From assembly GCA_965277285.1 (NCBI GenBank), contig OZ255721.1, forward strand, positions 1,824,001 through 1,888,000: a stretch of 64,000 nucleotides of DNA, written 5' to 3'. Shown here piece by piece: positions 19,755 through 28,501 of the stretch (positions are counted from its first letter, which is position 1; every line of letters begins with the position of its first letter). A program made the translations under genes and the position numbers. The stretch comes from Abditibacteriaceae bacterium (GTDB taxonomy: Bacteria > Armatimonadota > Abditibacteriia > Abditibacteriales > Abditibacteriaceae). Below the pieces are notes generated by a model. The model saw only the letters and a list, made by a program, of their open reading frames with translations. It made no database searches and was not told where the DNA came from.

Positions 19755-21791
19755 GTGGAAGTGCCTTTGCCGTTGAACGAAGCGCAGCGATTGAACGCTT
19801 TGCGCGATTATCAGATTGTCGATACCTTGCCGGAACAGGATTTCGATGATTTGACGTTTCTGGCCTCGCAATTGTGCGGGACGCCGATTGCCCTGCTGTC
19901 TTTCATCGAAGAAAACCGCCAGTGGATGAAGTCGCATCGCGGCATGGACGCCACAGAATTGCCGCGCCAGTTGTCGTTTTGCAATTACACGATTGCGAGC
20001 GATGAAGCGCTTTTTGTGGTTCCCGATCTGACACAGGACGCGCGTTTCGCCGATCATCCTTTTGTAACCGACGCGCCAGGCCTGCGCTTTTATGCGGGAA
20101 CGCCCTTAAAGACAAAGGACAATTTGGCGATAGGAACGTTGTGCGTCATCGATTCGGCGCCGCGCGAATTAACAGAAGAACAAGGTTACGCACTACAAGC
20201 TTTGGCGCGCCAGGCCGTCACGCAACTCGAACTGCGCCGCACTTTGCAATTGCAAAAAGTCTTGCTCGAAGAACGCGAATTGACAGCACGCGAACTGCGC
20301 GACAAGCAACGTCGCTTCGACGAGTTTATGGATCACAGTCCCGTGATGGCCTTTACCAAAGACGCCGCGGGTCGCCTGACGTATGTCAATTCGGCTTTCG
20401 CGCGACATTTCGGTCAAACGCGCGAAAGTTGGATTGGCCGCGCTGATTTCGCCTCGTGGTCGCCGGAATTCGCGCGCTCCTTGCGTCAGACCGATGCCGA
20501 GATTTTGGCCGACAACAGCGCGCGCGAATTTGTCGAAACTATTCCCTCAGCCACCGGCGAGACGCGCGAATATTTGACGATCAAGTTTCCGATAGATAAT
20601 GCGAATGGCGAACGTTCGCTGGGCGGTTTATCGCTCGACATCACCGAGCGACGCGTTCTGGAAAAGGCTTTGCGGCAAAGCGAAGAACGCTACCGCGACC
20701 TGGTCGAAAACGCTTCCGATTTGGTGCAAAGCCTGTCACGTGAAGGACACATTTTGTATGCGAACAGCGCATGGCTGCGCACTCTGGGTTATACGCGCGA
20801 GGAAGCGAGTTCGTTGACTTTGCGCGATTTCATACATCCGCGCGATCTGGAAAAATGTCTGCGCATCCGGCAACGAGTACTCGAAAGTGGCCACACCGAG
20901 CCGCTCGAGGCGACGTTCCAAACGCGCGATGGACGCGACATCGAAATCGAAGGCTGCTTGAACGCGCGTCTGGTCGATGGCGCCGCCGTTGCGACGAGCG
21001 GCATTTTCCATGATGTGACCGAGCGACGCAAAATCGAGCGCATGAAAAACGAGTTCATCTCGACCGTATCACACGAACTGCGCACGCCCCTGACTTCGAT
21101 TCGCGGTGCCTTGGGATTACTCGAAGGCGGCGCAGCGGGCGAACTTTCCGAACCAGCGCGCCACATGGTTTGCATCGCGCATAAAAACAGCGAGCGCTTG
21201 ATGCGATTGATTAATGACCTGCTGGACACCGAAAAAATCGCCTCTGGCAGCCTGAAATTTCGCTTAGAGCCACTTTCTTTAGCCACTAAAATCCGTCATA
21301 CCATCGAAACTAATCACGCTTATGGCGACACCTTCGGCGTTCAATTCCACTTTGAAACGCCACAAGGTGAAGCCGCCCGCGCCATTGTGCGCGCTGATAC
21401 CGATCGTTTGTCGCAAGTGATGGCGAACCTGCTCTCCAACGCCGCCAAGTTTTCGCCGCAGGGCGGAATTGTTTCGATTTCAATTGAGCCATCAGAAAAT
21501 AATTGGCGCGTTTCGGTGCACGATCAGGGAAAAGGCGTTCCCGAAGCATTTCGCGCCCGCATTTTCCAAAAATTCGCGCAGGCCGATTCCTCCGATACGC
21601 GACAAAAAGGCGGCACAGGCTTGGGACTGAGCATCAGCCGCGCGCTCATCGAAGGCATGAACGGTCATCTCGATTACGTTTGCAGCAATGACAGAAGTAA
21701 TGGTGGAAGCGACAACGAAGGCACCACGTTTTTCTTCGATCTGCCGCGCGGGGTTCCCGAGCAACAACACGAGAAGAAGTCTCAAAAATAG
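19755..21791 (+). CDS. GAF-PAS-PAS sensor histidine kinase
   Basis: GAF (LRFYAGTPL), two PAS domains, VSHELRTPL, NLLSNAAKFS, DQGKG, GTGLGL; AAGGAG before GTG 19755. Confidence 0.93.
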   Translation: MEVPLPLNEAQRLNALRDYQIVDTLPEQDFDDLTFLASQLCGTPIALLSFIEENRQWMKSHRGMDATELPRQLSFCNYTIASDEALFVVPDLTQDARFADHPFVTDAPGLRFYAGTPLKTKDNLAIGTLCVIDSAPRELTEEQGYALQALARQAVTQLELRRTLQLQKVLLEERELTARELRDKQRRFDEFMDHSPVMAFTKDAAGRLTYVNSAFARHFGQTRESWIGRADFASWSPEFARSLRQTDAEILADNSAREFVETIPSATGETREYLTIKFPIDNANGERSLGGLSLDITERRVLEKALRQSEERYRDLVENASDLVQSLSREGHILYANSAWLRTLGYTREEASSLTLRDFIHPRDLEKCLRIRQRVLESGHTEPLEATFQTRDGRDIEIEGCLNARLVDGAAVATSGIFHDVTERRKIERMKNEFISTVSHELRTPLTSIRGALGLLEGGAAGELSEPARHMVCIAHKNSERLMRLINDLLDTEKIASGSLKFRLEPLSLATKIRHTIETNHAYGDTFGVQFHFETPQGEAARAIVRADTDRLSQVMANLLSNAAKFSPQGGIVSISIEPSENNWRVSVHDQGKGVPEAFRARIFQKFAQADSSDTRQKGGTGLGLSISRALIEGMNGHLDYVCSNDRSNGGSDNEGTTFFFDLPRGVPEQQHEKKSQK

Positions 21792-21878
21792 GGAATTCTT
21801 TCTGAGAGTACGGGAATAAGTCATGCGAAACCGCAAGACGCATCGAGTATTCAACATACAAAAAAACAAGGAATAAAA

Positions 21879-22325
21879 TTGGAACACGACGAAACGAAGA
21901 AGGTCGAAGCGGCCATGATTTTAGAACGCATTTTACTGGTGGAAGACGAAACCGATATCCAAGAAATCGCGCGCTTGGCGCTCGAAGCCTTTGGCGGCTT
22001 TTGCGTCGAAACCTGCAGCAACGGGCGCGATGCACTGGCGACAGCGCACCATTTCCAGCCCGACCTGTTTTTGCTCGACGTGATGATGGCAGACATGGAC
22101 GGTCCGACAACACTTCAAGAATTGCGACGCTCGTCACAGTTCAGCCAGACGCCCGTTATCTTTATGACCGCTAAAGCCCAACCCAACGAAATTGCCTGGC
22201 TGCGTTCGCTGGGCGCTCTCGATGTCATCGCCAAACCATTCGACCCCTTGACGCTATCGCAAACTATCAACGAACTCTGGCACGAAAACCTCGCGGCAAG
22301 TTTATTGCAACAAGGAAATCGGTAG
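21879..22325 (+). CDS. Single-domain response regulator
   Basis: ILLVEDE, LLDVMM..MDG, FMTA, KPF. Confidence 0.92.
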   Translation: MEHDETKKVEAAMILERILLVEDETDIQEIARLALEAFGGFCVETCSNGRDALATAHHFQPDLFLLDVMMADMDGPTTLQELRRSSQFSQTPVIFMTAKAQPNEIAWLRSLGALDVIAKPFDPLTLSQTINELWHENLAASLLQQGNR

Positions 22326-22335
22326 ATTGAATTTT

Positions 22336-22836
22336 ATGAGCGCCATGCCTTCGTATTCTCATTCGTATTCGCCCGCTTCGCTTTGCGCCGCGCCCAATCA
22401 TAGCGCGTGTGCGGACGTCAGCGCGGCTGACGAACGTCGGCGTCGCGCGGTGGAAGAATTGCAAGAATTGCGTGCGAAATATGCGGCAAACCTTCCCGCC
22501 AAAATCGAGCGACTGGAAACGATCTGGCATCAACTCGATTGCGCTACGCAAAATGAAGGCTGCAGCGAGACCATTGATATGAGCGCATTTGCTGCTGTCA
22601 AAGATAGGGAAGACGAAGACGTTTCAATGTCAACTTTTTACCGATTGGTGCATAATCTGGCGGGTTCGGGCGCGACTTACGGTTTTCCAGCGCTCAGCCG
22701 CGAAGCACGCGAGTTGACCAATCTGATGAAACCGTGGAGCGATCCCGATCTTCCACCAGATGCGCAGCCGCCCTTAAAAAGCGAATTGTGCGAACGGATC
22801 GAAAACTTGCTGGCGGCCATGAAAGCGGCCATTTGA
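22336..22836 (+). CDS. Hpt (histidine phosphotransfer) domain protein
   Basis: HNLAGSGATYGF..LS..ARELT motif. Confidence 0.85.
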   Translation: MSAMPSYSHSYSPASLCAAPNHSACADVSAADERRRRAVEELQELRAKYAANLPAKIERLETIWHQLDCATQNEGCSETIDMSAFAAVKDREDEDVSMSTFYRLVHNLAGSGATYGFPALSREARELTNLMKPWSDPDLPPDAQPPLKSELCERIENLLAAMKAAI

Positions 22837-22853
22837 ATTGTCGCTAAAACGAT

Positions 22854-22889
22854 AAAGCGCGCCCATCGAGTACTCGATGGGCGCGCTTT
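22854..22889. terminator. 36-bp perfect palindrome centred on TCGAGTACTCGA; likely bidirectional terminator
   Basis: aaagcgcgcccatcgagtactcgatgggcgcgcttt between convergent genes. Confidence 0.75.
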
Positions 22890-22910
22890 TGTGCTCATAA
22901 GCGGAATCCT

Positions 22911-23219
22911 TCAAATTCCCCAATCGACCACTTTTGCGCCGCAATTAGGACAGCGTCGCCCACGAAAAATGAGCCATGCCGCAATGCGAGGAAACAACGC
23001 CACGAGCGCAATCGCCAGGCAAATTGCAAGTAAGCAAAGCACCAACAGTGACGGCGCAAAATGTCGATGATGTGCGACAAGGCGCGGCCAATGCTGCAAA
23101 AGTGGCGCAGCAAAGGATAACGTCACGAAGGCTAAGGCCAAACGGGTTCTGCAACCAATTCCACTCTGTACCTCAACGTTACCTATGCGACAGCCGCATG
23201 TTCGACATTCGACGCGCAT
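22911..23219 (-). CDS. Small membrane protein with split CxxC pairs
   Basis: MRVECRTCG...two TM...RRCPNCG; directly downstream of rsmG. Confidence 0.55.
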   Translation of the reverse strand: MRVECRTCGCRIGNVEVQSGIGCRTRLALAFVTLSFAAPLLQHWPRLVAHHRHFAPSLLVLCLLAICLAIALVALFPRIAAWLIFRGRRCPNCGAKVVDWGI

Positions 23220-23238
23220 AAGAATGAGATTGATTAAG

Positions 23239-23916
23239 TCACAACGGTTTCTGTTTGGGAATGCCAACGCGTCGCGGGAAAGTTTTTGGCGTGCGCGCAG
23301 TTTTTTCGATCACAATTAAATGATATTTCAAGTCGTGCGCGGGCAAGTTGTACGGAACGATTTCGAGTAACTTTCCGCCCAGCGTTTTGATCGCGCCTTT
23401 GGCGGTTTTGGCTTCTGCTTCGGCTTTTTCGCCGCGCCACAGAACGGCGTGCCCGCCCAACTTCACCAAAGGCAAGACCAATTCGCAGACTTCGCTCAGC
23501 GAACCGACGGCGCGCGCAATTCCCACATCGAAACGCTCGCGCCACACAACATTTTGCCCGACTTCTTCGGCGCGCTCGTTGATTGTTTTGACGTTCAACT
23601 TCAATTGCTCGCTGACGCTTTGCATGAAATCGCACTTCTTGCGCGTCGCATCAAGTACGCGAAGTTTGAGTTCGGGACGCGCAATCGCCAACGCCAAGCC
23701 TGGAAAACCGGCGCCTGAACCGACATCAACGACGCTTTGATGACCTTCAAAAAATGGCGTGCGCAAACCTTGCAACGAATCCAAAATGTGCTTTGTCCAA
23801 GCCGCTTCAGGTTCGCGCACCGAAGTCAAATTGAACTGCTGATTGACGCGCAACACTTCGTCGATTAGTTCGTGCAATTGCGCAATGCGTTCGGGAGGAA
23901 GATTGAAGTCGTTCAT
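23239..23916 (-). CDS. rsmG: 16S rRNA (guanine527-N7)-methyltransferase
   Basis: NLTSVR, KHILDSL, VVDVGSGAGFPG, ARAV, FPRRVGIPKQKPL. Confidence 0.95.
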   Translation of the reverse strand: MNDFNLPPERIAQLHELIDEVLRVNQQFNLTSVREPEAAWTKHILDSLQGLRTPFFEGHQSVVDVGSGAGFPGLALAIARPELKLRVLDATRKKCDFMQSVSEQLKLNVKTINERAEEVGQNVVWRERFDVGIARAVGSLSEVCELVLPLVKLGGHAVLWRGEKAEAEAKTAKGAIKTLGGKLLEIVPYNLPAHDLKYHLIVIEKTARTPKTFPRRVGIPKQKPL

Positions 23917-23926
23917 AAAAACAATT

Positions 23927-24014
23927 AACCACCAAGGCACCAAGAATACCAAGGAAGGAATCGAGTACTCGAAACAAACTCGTTTTGCTTGGTGTTCTTG
24001 GTGCCTTGGTGGTT
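23927..24014. repeat. 27-bp inverted repeat made of CACCAAG-type units enclosing a TCGAGTACTCGA
   Basis: aaccaccaaggcaccaagaataccaag (23927-23953) pairs with cttggtgttcttggtgccttggtggtt (23988-24014), 1 mismatch. Confidence 0.85.
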
Positions 24015-24020
24015 CAAAAA

Positions 24021-24395
24021 CTAATCGCAATCGACTTCGACTTGAAGGCGAATTTGGCGTAGAATGCCCGCGACGCGATGACACTTGGCGCGGTCGCCGC
24101 GGAAGCAAACGGCGCGACCTTTGGTGTGCGCTTCCAGCATGATTGCCGTCGCTTTGTAGATGTCGTAGCCGGTCGCTTTCTGGATTTGCAGCACGACTTC
24201 ATCGACGCTGTGCCATTCGTCGTTATATAAAATCACCCGATGCGTCGGTTCATCGGTCGGCGTTTCGATGGTCTGAGTTTCGCCTTCGGTGGTGCGCGTC
24301 GGTGTTGGCACGAGTGAAGCGATGACGAGTGACAAAACGGGGTTTCGAGTACTCGAAGAGCGAAAAAAATCAATATCTACGAAAAAGGTCGGCAT
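24021..24395 (-). CDS. clpS: ATP-dependent Clp protease adaptor ClpS
   Basis: RVILYNDEWHSVDEV, AIMLEAHTKGRAV; true start may be shorter (e.g. GTG 24311). Confidence 0.85.
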   Translation of the reverse strand: MPTFFVDIDFFRSSSTRNPVLSLVIASLVPTPTRTTEGETQTIETPTDEPTHRVILYNDEWHSVDEVVLQIQKATGYDIYKATAIMLEAHTKGRAVCFRGDRAKCHRVAGILRQIRLQVEVDCD

Positions 24396-24525
24396 GAGAA
24401 AAGTTGCGTTGTGAAGACGTTACGCGGTGAATTATACTGCGCTTGCCTTGAACGCCGAAAGTGTTCCTTTTTAGCGGCGCATTGCGCTGGCACGACGCGG
24501 CGTTTTGAACGTCTTTCCTCGCCTT

Positions 24526-25041
24526 ATGAAAATCTCTACACGCAGCGAATATGGCTTGCGCGCCTTGATGGAACTGGCACAGCAGCCCGAGCGCGCGCTT
24601 TCCCTGCGCGACATCGCCAATCGTCAAAATATCTCGCTCGATTACCTCGAACAAATCATGCCCGCCTTAAAAACTGCCGAATTAATTCGCGCTCGTCGCG
24701 GCGCGCAAGGTGGTTACCAACTGGCGCGCGAGGCGAAAACTATCACGGTTTACGACGTGATGAGCGCGCTCGAAGGCACCTTCGACCCGATGCAATGCTT
24801 GACCGCCAACAACTTGCCGCAACTTCCCGACGGCGAACCGATTGGCGATGGTTGCGGCGCGAGCGGCGCTTGCGCGGTGCAGGAAGTGTGGCGCCAGGTC
24901 AAAAACGTCGTCGAAGCCGTCTTGAAGAAAATCACGCTCGCGCAACTGATCGAGCGCCAGCAAAAACGTTATGGCGGTCCATTGCGCACCACAGCGGACG
25001 CTACAGAACACGAAATTATGCGGCTTATTGTTTTGAATTAA
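24526..25041 (+). CDS. Rrf2-family transcriptional regulator (IscR/CymR-like)
   Basis: MKISTRSEYGLRAL, YLEQI, RGAQGGYQLA, three Cys. Confidence 0.92.
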   Translation: MKISTRSEYGLRALMELAQQPERALSLRDIANRQNISLDYLEQIMPALKTAELIRARRGAQGGYQLAREAKTITVYDVMSALEGTFDPMQCLTANNLPQLPDGEPIGDGCGASGACAVQEVWRQVKNVVEAVLKKITLAQLIERQQKRYGGPLRTTADATEHEIMRLIVLN

Positions 25042-25048
25042 ACCAAAA

Positions 25049-25126
25049 GAACCCTGAGCGTCAGCGACGGGTGAAGTAGGAGTTTGATGTAGTTCTTGCT
25101 TCACCCGTCGCTGACGCTCAGGGTTC
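25049..25126. repeat. REP-like doublet, family A
   Basis: gaaccctgagcgtcagcgacgggtgaag (25049-25076) with a perfect inverted copy at 25099-25126. Confidence 0.88.
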
Positions 25127-25158
25127 CAAGCTCGTAATCGAGTACTCGAAAGGACATT

Positions 25159-26316
25159 ATGCAATCGGAAATCGCGCCTCACGGCGGCAAATTGATTAAC
25201 GCTTTCGTCACCGGACAAGAAGCCGAAACTTTGCGCGAACGCGCGCAATCGCTGACTAAAATCCACTTGGCCGACCGTCGTTTAAGCGACTTGGAAATGA
25301 TCGGTTGTGGCGCGTTCTCGCCGCTCGATGGCTTTATGAAGCGCGCCGATTACGACAATTGCGTGGTCAACAAGCGATTGGCCGACGGACTTCCGTGGAC
25401 TATTCCGATCACTCTCGCCGTCACATCCGACGAACTCGAACACATTCAAATCGACGATGAAGTCGCGCTGGTCGACAAGTTCGAGAACATTTTAGCGGTG
25501 ATGCAGCTCGAAGAAATTTACAAATACGACCGCGAGCGCGAAGCGCGCTTGGTTTATCGCACGACCGACGAATCGCATCCGGGCGTAAAAAACCTTTATC
25601 GTCGCGGCGATATTCATCTGGGTGGCAAAATTCAAGTTTTGCAGGACAGAACCGACAAAGATTTTCCCGAATATCGCCTGACGCCCGAACAAATGCGGCG
25701 CGCTTTCGCTCAACGCGGCTGGAAGAAAATCGTCGGTTTCCAAACGCGCAACCCAATTCATCGCGCTCACGAATACATCACCAAATGCGCGCTCGAAACG
25801 ATGGACGGGCTTCTCATTCATCCTTTAATGGGCGCCACCAAAGACGACGATATTCCCGCCGAAGTGCGCATGAACTGCTATCGCGCGCTGATTGAAAATT
25901 ATTACCCAACGGATCGCGTACTTTTGGCCGTTTTCCCCGCCGTGATGCGTTACGCCGGGCCGCGCGAAGCGATTTTGCACGCCATTGTGCGCAAAAATTA
26001 CGGCTGCACGCACTTCATCGTCGGGCGCGATCATGCCGGCGTCGGCAATTATTACGGCACGTTCGACGCGCAATATATCTTCGACGAGTTCGCACCGGAA
26101 GAGTTGGGCATCACGCCGATGATGTTCGATCACGCGTATTACAGCCCGACGGTAGGCGCGATGGGAACCGATAAAACAATGCCCAAAGGTGCCGAAAAAG
26201 TGACGCTTTCCGGCACAAAGGTACGCCAAATGCTGATGGACGGCATTCTTCCGCCCGTCGAGTTCACGCGCCCCGAAGTCGCCCAAGTGCTGATAGACGC
26301 GATGAAAAAGAAATAA
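25159..26316 (+). CDS. sat: Sulfate adenylyltransferase (Sat type)
   Basis: PHGGKL, FSPLDGFM, FQTRNPIHRAHE, YAGPREA, HFIVGRDHAGVG. Confidence 0.96.
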   Translation: MQSEIAPHGGKLINAFVTGQEAETLRERAQSLTKIHLADRRLSDLEMIGCGAFSPLDGFMKRADYDNCVVNKRLADGLPWTIPITLAVTSDELEHIQIDDEVALVDKFENILAVMQLEEIYKYDREREARLVYRTTDESHPGVKNLYRRGDIHLGGKIQVLQDRTDKDFPEYRLTPEQMRRAFAQRGWKKIVGFQTRNPIHRAHEYITKCALETMDGLLIHPLMGATKDDDIPAEVRMNCYRALIENYYPTDRVLLAVFPAVMRYAGPREAILHAIVRKNYGCTHFIVGRDHAGVGNYYGTFDAQYIFDEFAPEELGITPMMFDHAYYSPTVGAMGTDKTMPKGAEKVTLSGTKVRQMLMDGILPPVEFTRPEVAQVLIDAMKKK

Positions 26317-26399
26317 AAACCTGGCTGCAAGCATCAGGCATTCTGGCCGTCTTCGTAAAGTCGTCTCAATTAAAGCGTGGCGTTAAGATCAGGAGAAAA

Positions 26400-26798
26400 A
26401 TGGCTATCAACGATTTACGTTTCCCGAAGACAGGCAAAGACATCAAAGCCGCTGTCCGCGAACGCCGTGCACAGTTAGAACAACGATTGGAAAAGCGCAA
26501 CAAAGACTTGGATTCATTTCTTCAAGATACAAAGAAAGTGCGCTCTTATTTAGTTCGTAGCACACAGCCTAACTACTCACATGGCGGTGGGCGAGAAGCT
26601 ATTCTGTTTGGACAAGATGATATTTCGAGCGAAGAACGGCGGGAAACAGACCAACTGTGTCAACGCATTTTTGAGATTGAGCAAGAACTGCATCGCCTTT
26701 CGATCCTTGTGGCTCATCTCGACGACCAGCAAATCGTCAACCTGACCCTTGAAGACTTGATTAACTACGGCTTTCAAGCTGGCGCTTCCGTCGTTTAA
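26400..26798 (+). CDS. Hypothetical coiled-coil protein
   Basis: AGGAG SD; 132 aa helical ORF ending LTLEDLINYGF. Confidence 0.75.
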   Translation: MAINDLRFPKTGKDIKAAVRERRAQLEQRLEKRNKDLDSFLQDTKKVRSYLVRSTQPNYSHGGGREAILFGQDDISSEERRETDQLCQRIFEIEQELHRLSILVAHLDDQQIVNLTLEDLINYGFQAGASVV

Positions 26799-26806
26799 TC
26801 ACTCTT

Positions 26807-27253
26807 ATGCTACAACTTACCAAAGAACAATTTGAGCGCATTGTCGCGCAGGGTTTGGAAGGCAAACCGCTGGAAATTTGCGGACTTCTGGCCGGACATT
26901 TCGACGAATCGAGTACTCGAATTGTCGAGGTTTATCCGGTTGAAAGCGACGATAAGAGCGAATTGACTTACACCATTAACGCGCTGGGCTACATGAAAGC
27001 CGTCCGAGATGCGGAAAGTCGCGGATGGAAAATCGTCGGCATTTATCACACACATCCGGCGACCGTCGCTTATCCCTCGAAAACCGATGTCGCGCGCGCG
27101 CACTGGGGCGACACCGACGATCTGCTGTTTCCCGATTATTCTTATTTGATCGTCAGCTTGCGCGACCCGAAAAACCCCGAGCCGCATTCGTTCAAAATCA
27201 AGGGCCGCAACATTCCCCAAGATATTGAGGAAGAAAACGTTGTGATTTCGTAG
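26807..27253 (+). CDS. mec: JAMM/MPN+ (M67) metallopeptidase, Mec-like
   Basis: PLEICGLLAG, IYHTHP..AYPSKTD; adjacent to cysteine synthase. Confidence 0.85.
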   Translation: MLQLTKEQFERIVAQGLEGKPLEICGLLAGHFDESSTRIVEVYPVESDDKSELTYTINALGYMKAVRDAESRGWKIVGIYHTHPATVAYPSKTDVARAHWGDTDDLLFPDYSYLIVSLRDPKNPEPHSFKIKGRNIPQDIEEENVVIS

Positions 27254-27313
27254 GGTTTGGCACGCCAAACCCGCGTGGGTTGCGTATTCGGGTTTGGCAC
27301 GCCAAACCCCTAC
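27250..27313. repeat. GTAG-type REP doublet (REPIN-like)
   Basis: GTAG+ggtttggcacgccaaaccc ... gggtttggcacgccaaaccc+CTAC. Confidence 0.8.
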
Positions 27314-27383
27314 GGATTAGAATCGAGTACTCGATTGCGGAAAAAGAGGAATCGTAACCGACGTTGTGACGTTTAACCCATTT

Positions 27384-28367
27384 ATGAGCATTCAATCGCC
27401 TTGCGCCGTGCCCGCCACACTCAATGGTCACGAGCCGCCGCCCATCGAAAAACTGGGGAACGATTCGGTTTCTATTTTGGGTTACGTCGGCAACACGCCG
27501 TTGTTGTGCCTGTCGCGCATCACGCGGCATTTGAAGAAAGTGCGCGTTTACGCCAAAGCTGAATATCTCAATCCGGGCGGCAGCGTAAAAGATCGTGCGG
27601 CCTTGAACATGGTTTTGCACGGCGAAGCGACCGGCGAATTGACACACGACAAGACGATTCTCGATTCGACATCCGGCAATACGGGAATTGCATACGCGAT
27701 GATCGGCGCGGCGCGCGGCTACAAAGTCAAGCTCGTTATGCCGGGCAACGTTTCGCCGGAACGAAGCAAAATCATCAAACTTTATGGCGCCGAAGTCGTG
27801 ACTTCTTCGGCTCTCGAAGGCAGCGATGGCGCGATTTTACTGGCGCGCAAAATCTACAACGAGAACCCGAACGCTTATTTCAAGCCCGATCAATATAACA
27901 ACGAACTGAATCCTCTGGCGCATTACAAAGGCACGGGGCCGGAAATCTGGAATCAAACGCAAGGCCGCGTCACGCATTTCTTGGCGACCATTGGAACCAG
28001 CGGAACGCTGATGGGAACAGGTCGCTATCTCAAGGAACAAAACCCGGATGTGCAAATCATCGCCGTCGAACCGGACAACGCGTTCCATGGTATCGAAGGC
28101 TTGAAGTACATGGCAGACTCAATCAAGCCGGGTATTTACCACGAAGAAGCCCACGACGCTAAGATTCCGGTTTCGACCGAAGATGCGTATGACATGAGCA
28201 TTCGCCTGGCCAAAGAAGAAGGCATTTTCGTCGGGTTTTCTGCGGGCGCAGCGGTCTGGGCCGCAGTTCATCTGGCCGAACAATTGGAAGCCGAAGGCCG
28301 TGAGGCTGTCGTGGTCACAATTCTGTGCGACCGCGGCGACCGTTATCTTTCGTTGTTATCGCCATGA
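27384..28367 (+). CDS. cysM: Cysteine synthase (CysM/CysK family)
   Basis: VGNTPL, KAEYLNPGGSVKDR, STSGNTGI, GTSGTLMG, DRGDRYLS. Confidence 0.9.
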   Translation: MSIQSPCAVPATLNGHEPPPIEKLGNDSVSILGYVGNTPLLCLSRITRHLKKVRVYAKAEYLNPGGSVKDRAALNMVLHGEATGELTHDKTILDSTSGNTGIAYAMIGAARGYKVKLVMPGNVSPERSKIIKLYGAEVVTSSALEGSDGAILLARKIYNENPNAYFKPDQYNNELNPLAHYKGTGPEIWNQTQGRVTHFLATIGTSGTLMGTGRYLKEQNPDVQIIAVEPDNAFHGIEGLKYMADSIKPGIYHEEAHDAKIPVSTEDAYDMSIRLAKEEGIFVGFSAGAAVWAAVHLAEQLEAEGREAVVVTILCDRGDRYLSLLSP

Positions 28368-28419
28368 GAATCATAGTTTTCAAAGCTTGAGCAACAAGAA
28401 AAAACGGGACGCCGACCTC

Positions 28420-28470
28420 AGCAAACCCTTATCGAGTACCGAAGTTTCGAGTACTCGATAAGGGTTTGCT
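28420..28470. repeat. 20-bp inverted repeat built from two palindrome copies
   Basis: agcaaacccttatcgagtac (28420-28439) pairs with gtactcgataagggtttgct (28451-28470). Confidence 0.8.
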
Positions 28471-28501
28471 TTTTACCTTGCAATCTACGATAATCTGGAA
28501 G

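Noticed and set aside
19755..22836. Kinase-receiver-Hpt trio as a novel system
   Set aside because: A common phosphorelay arrangement.
23917..24108. N-terminal extension of rsmG
   Set aside because: It runs through the inverted repeat and clpS; homology begins at MNDF (23916).
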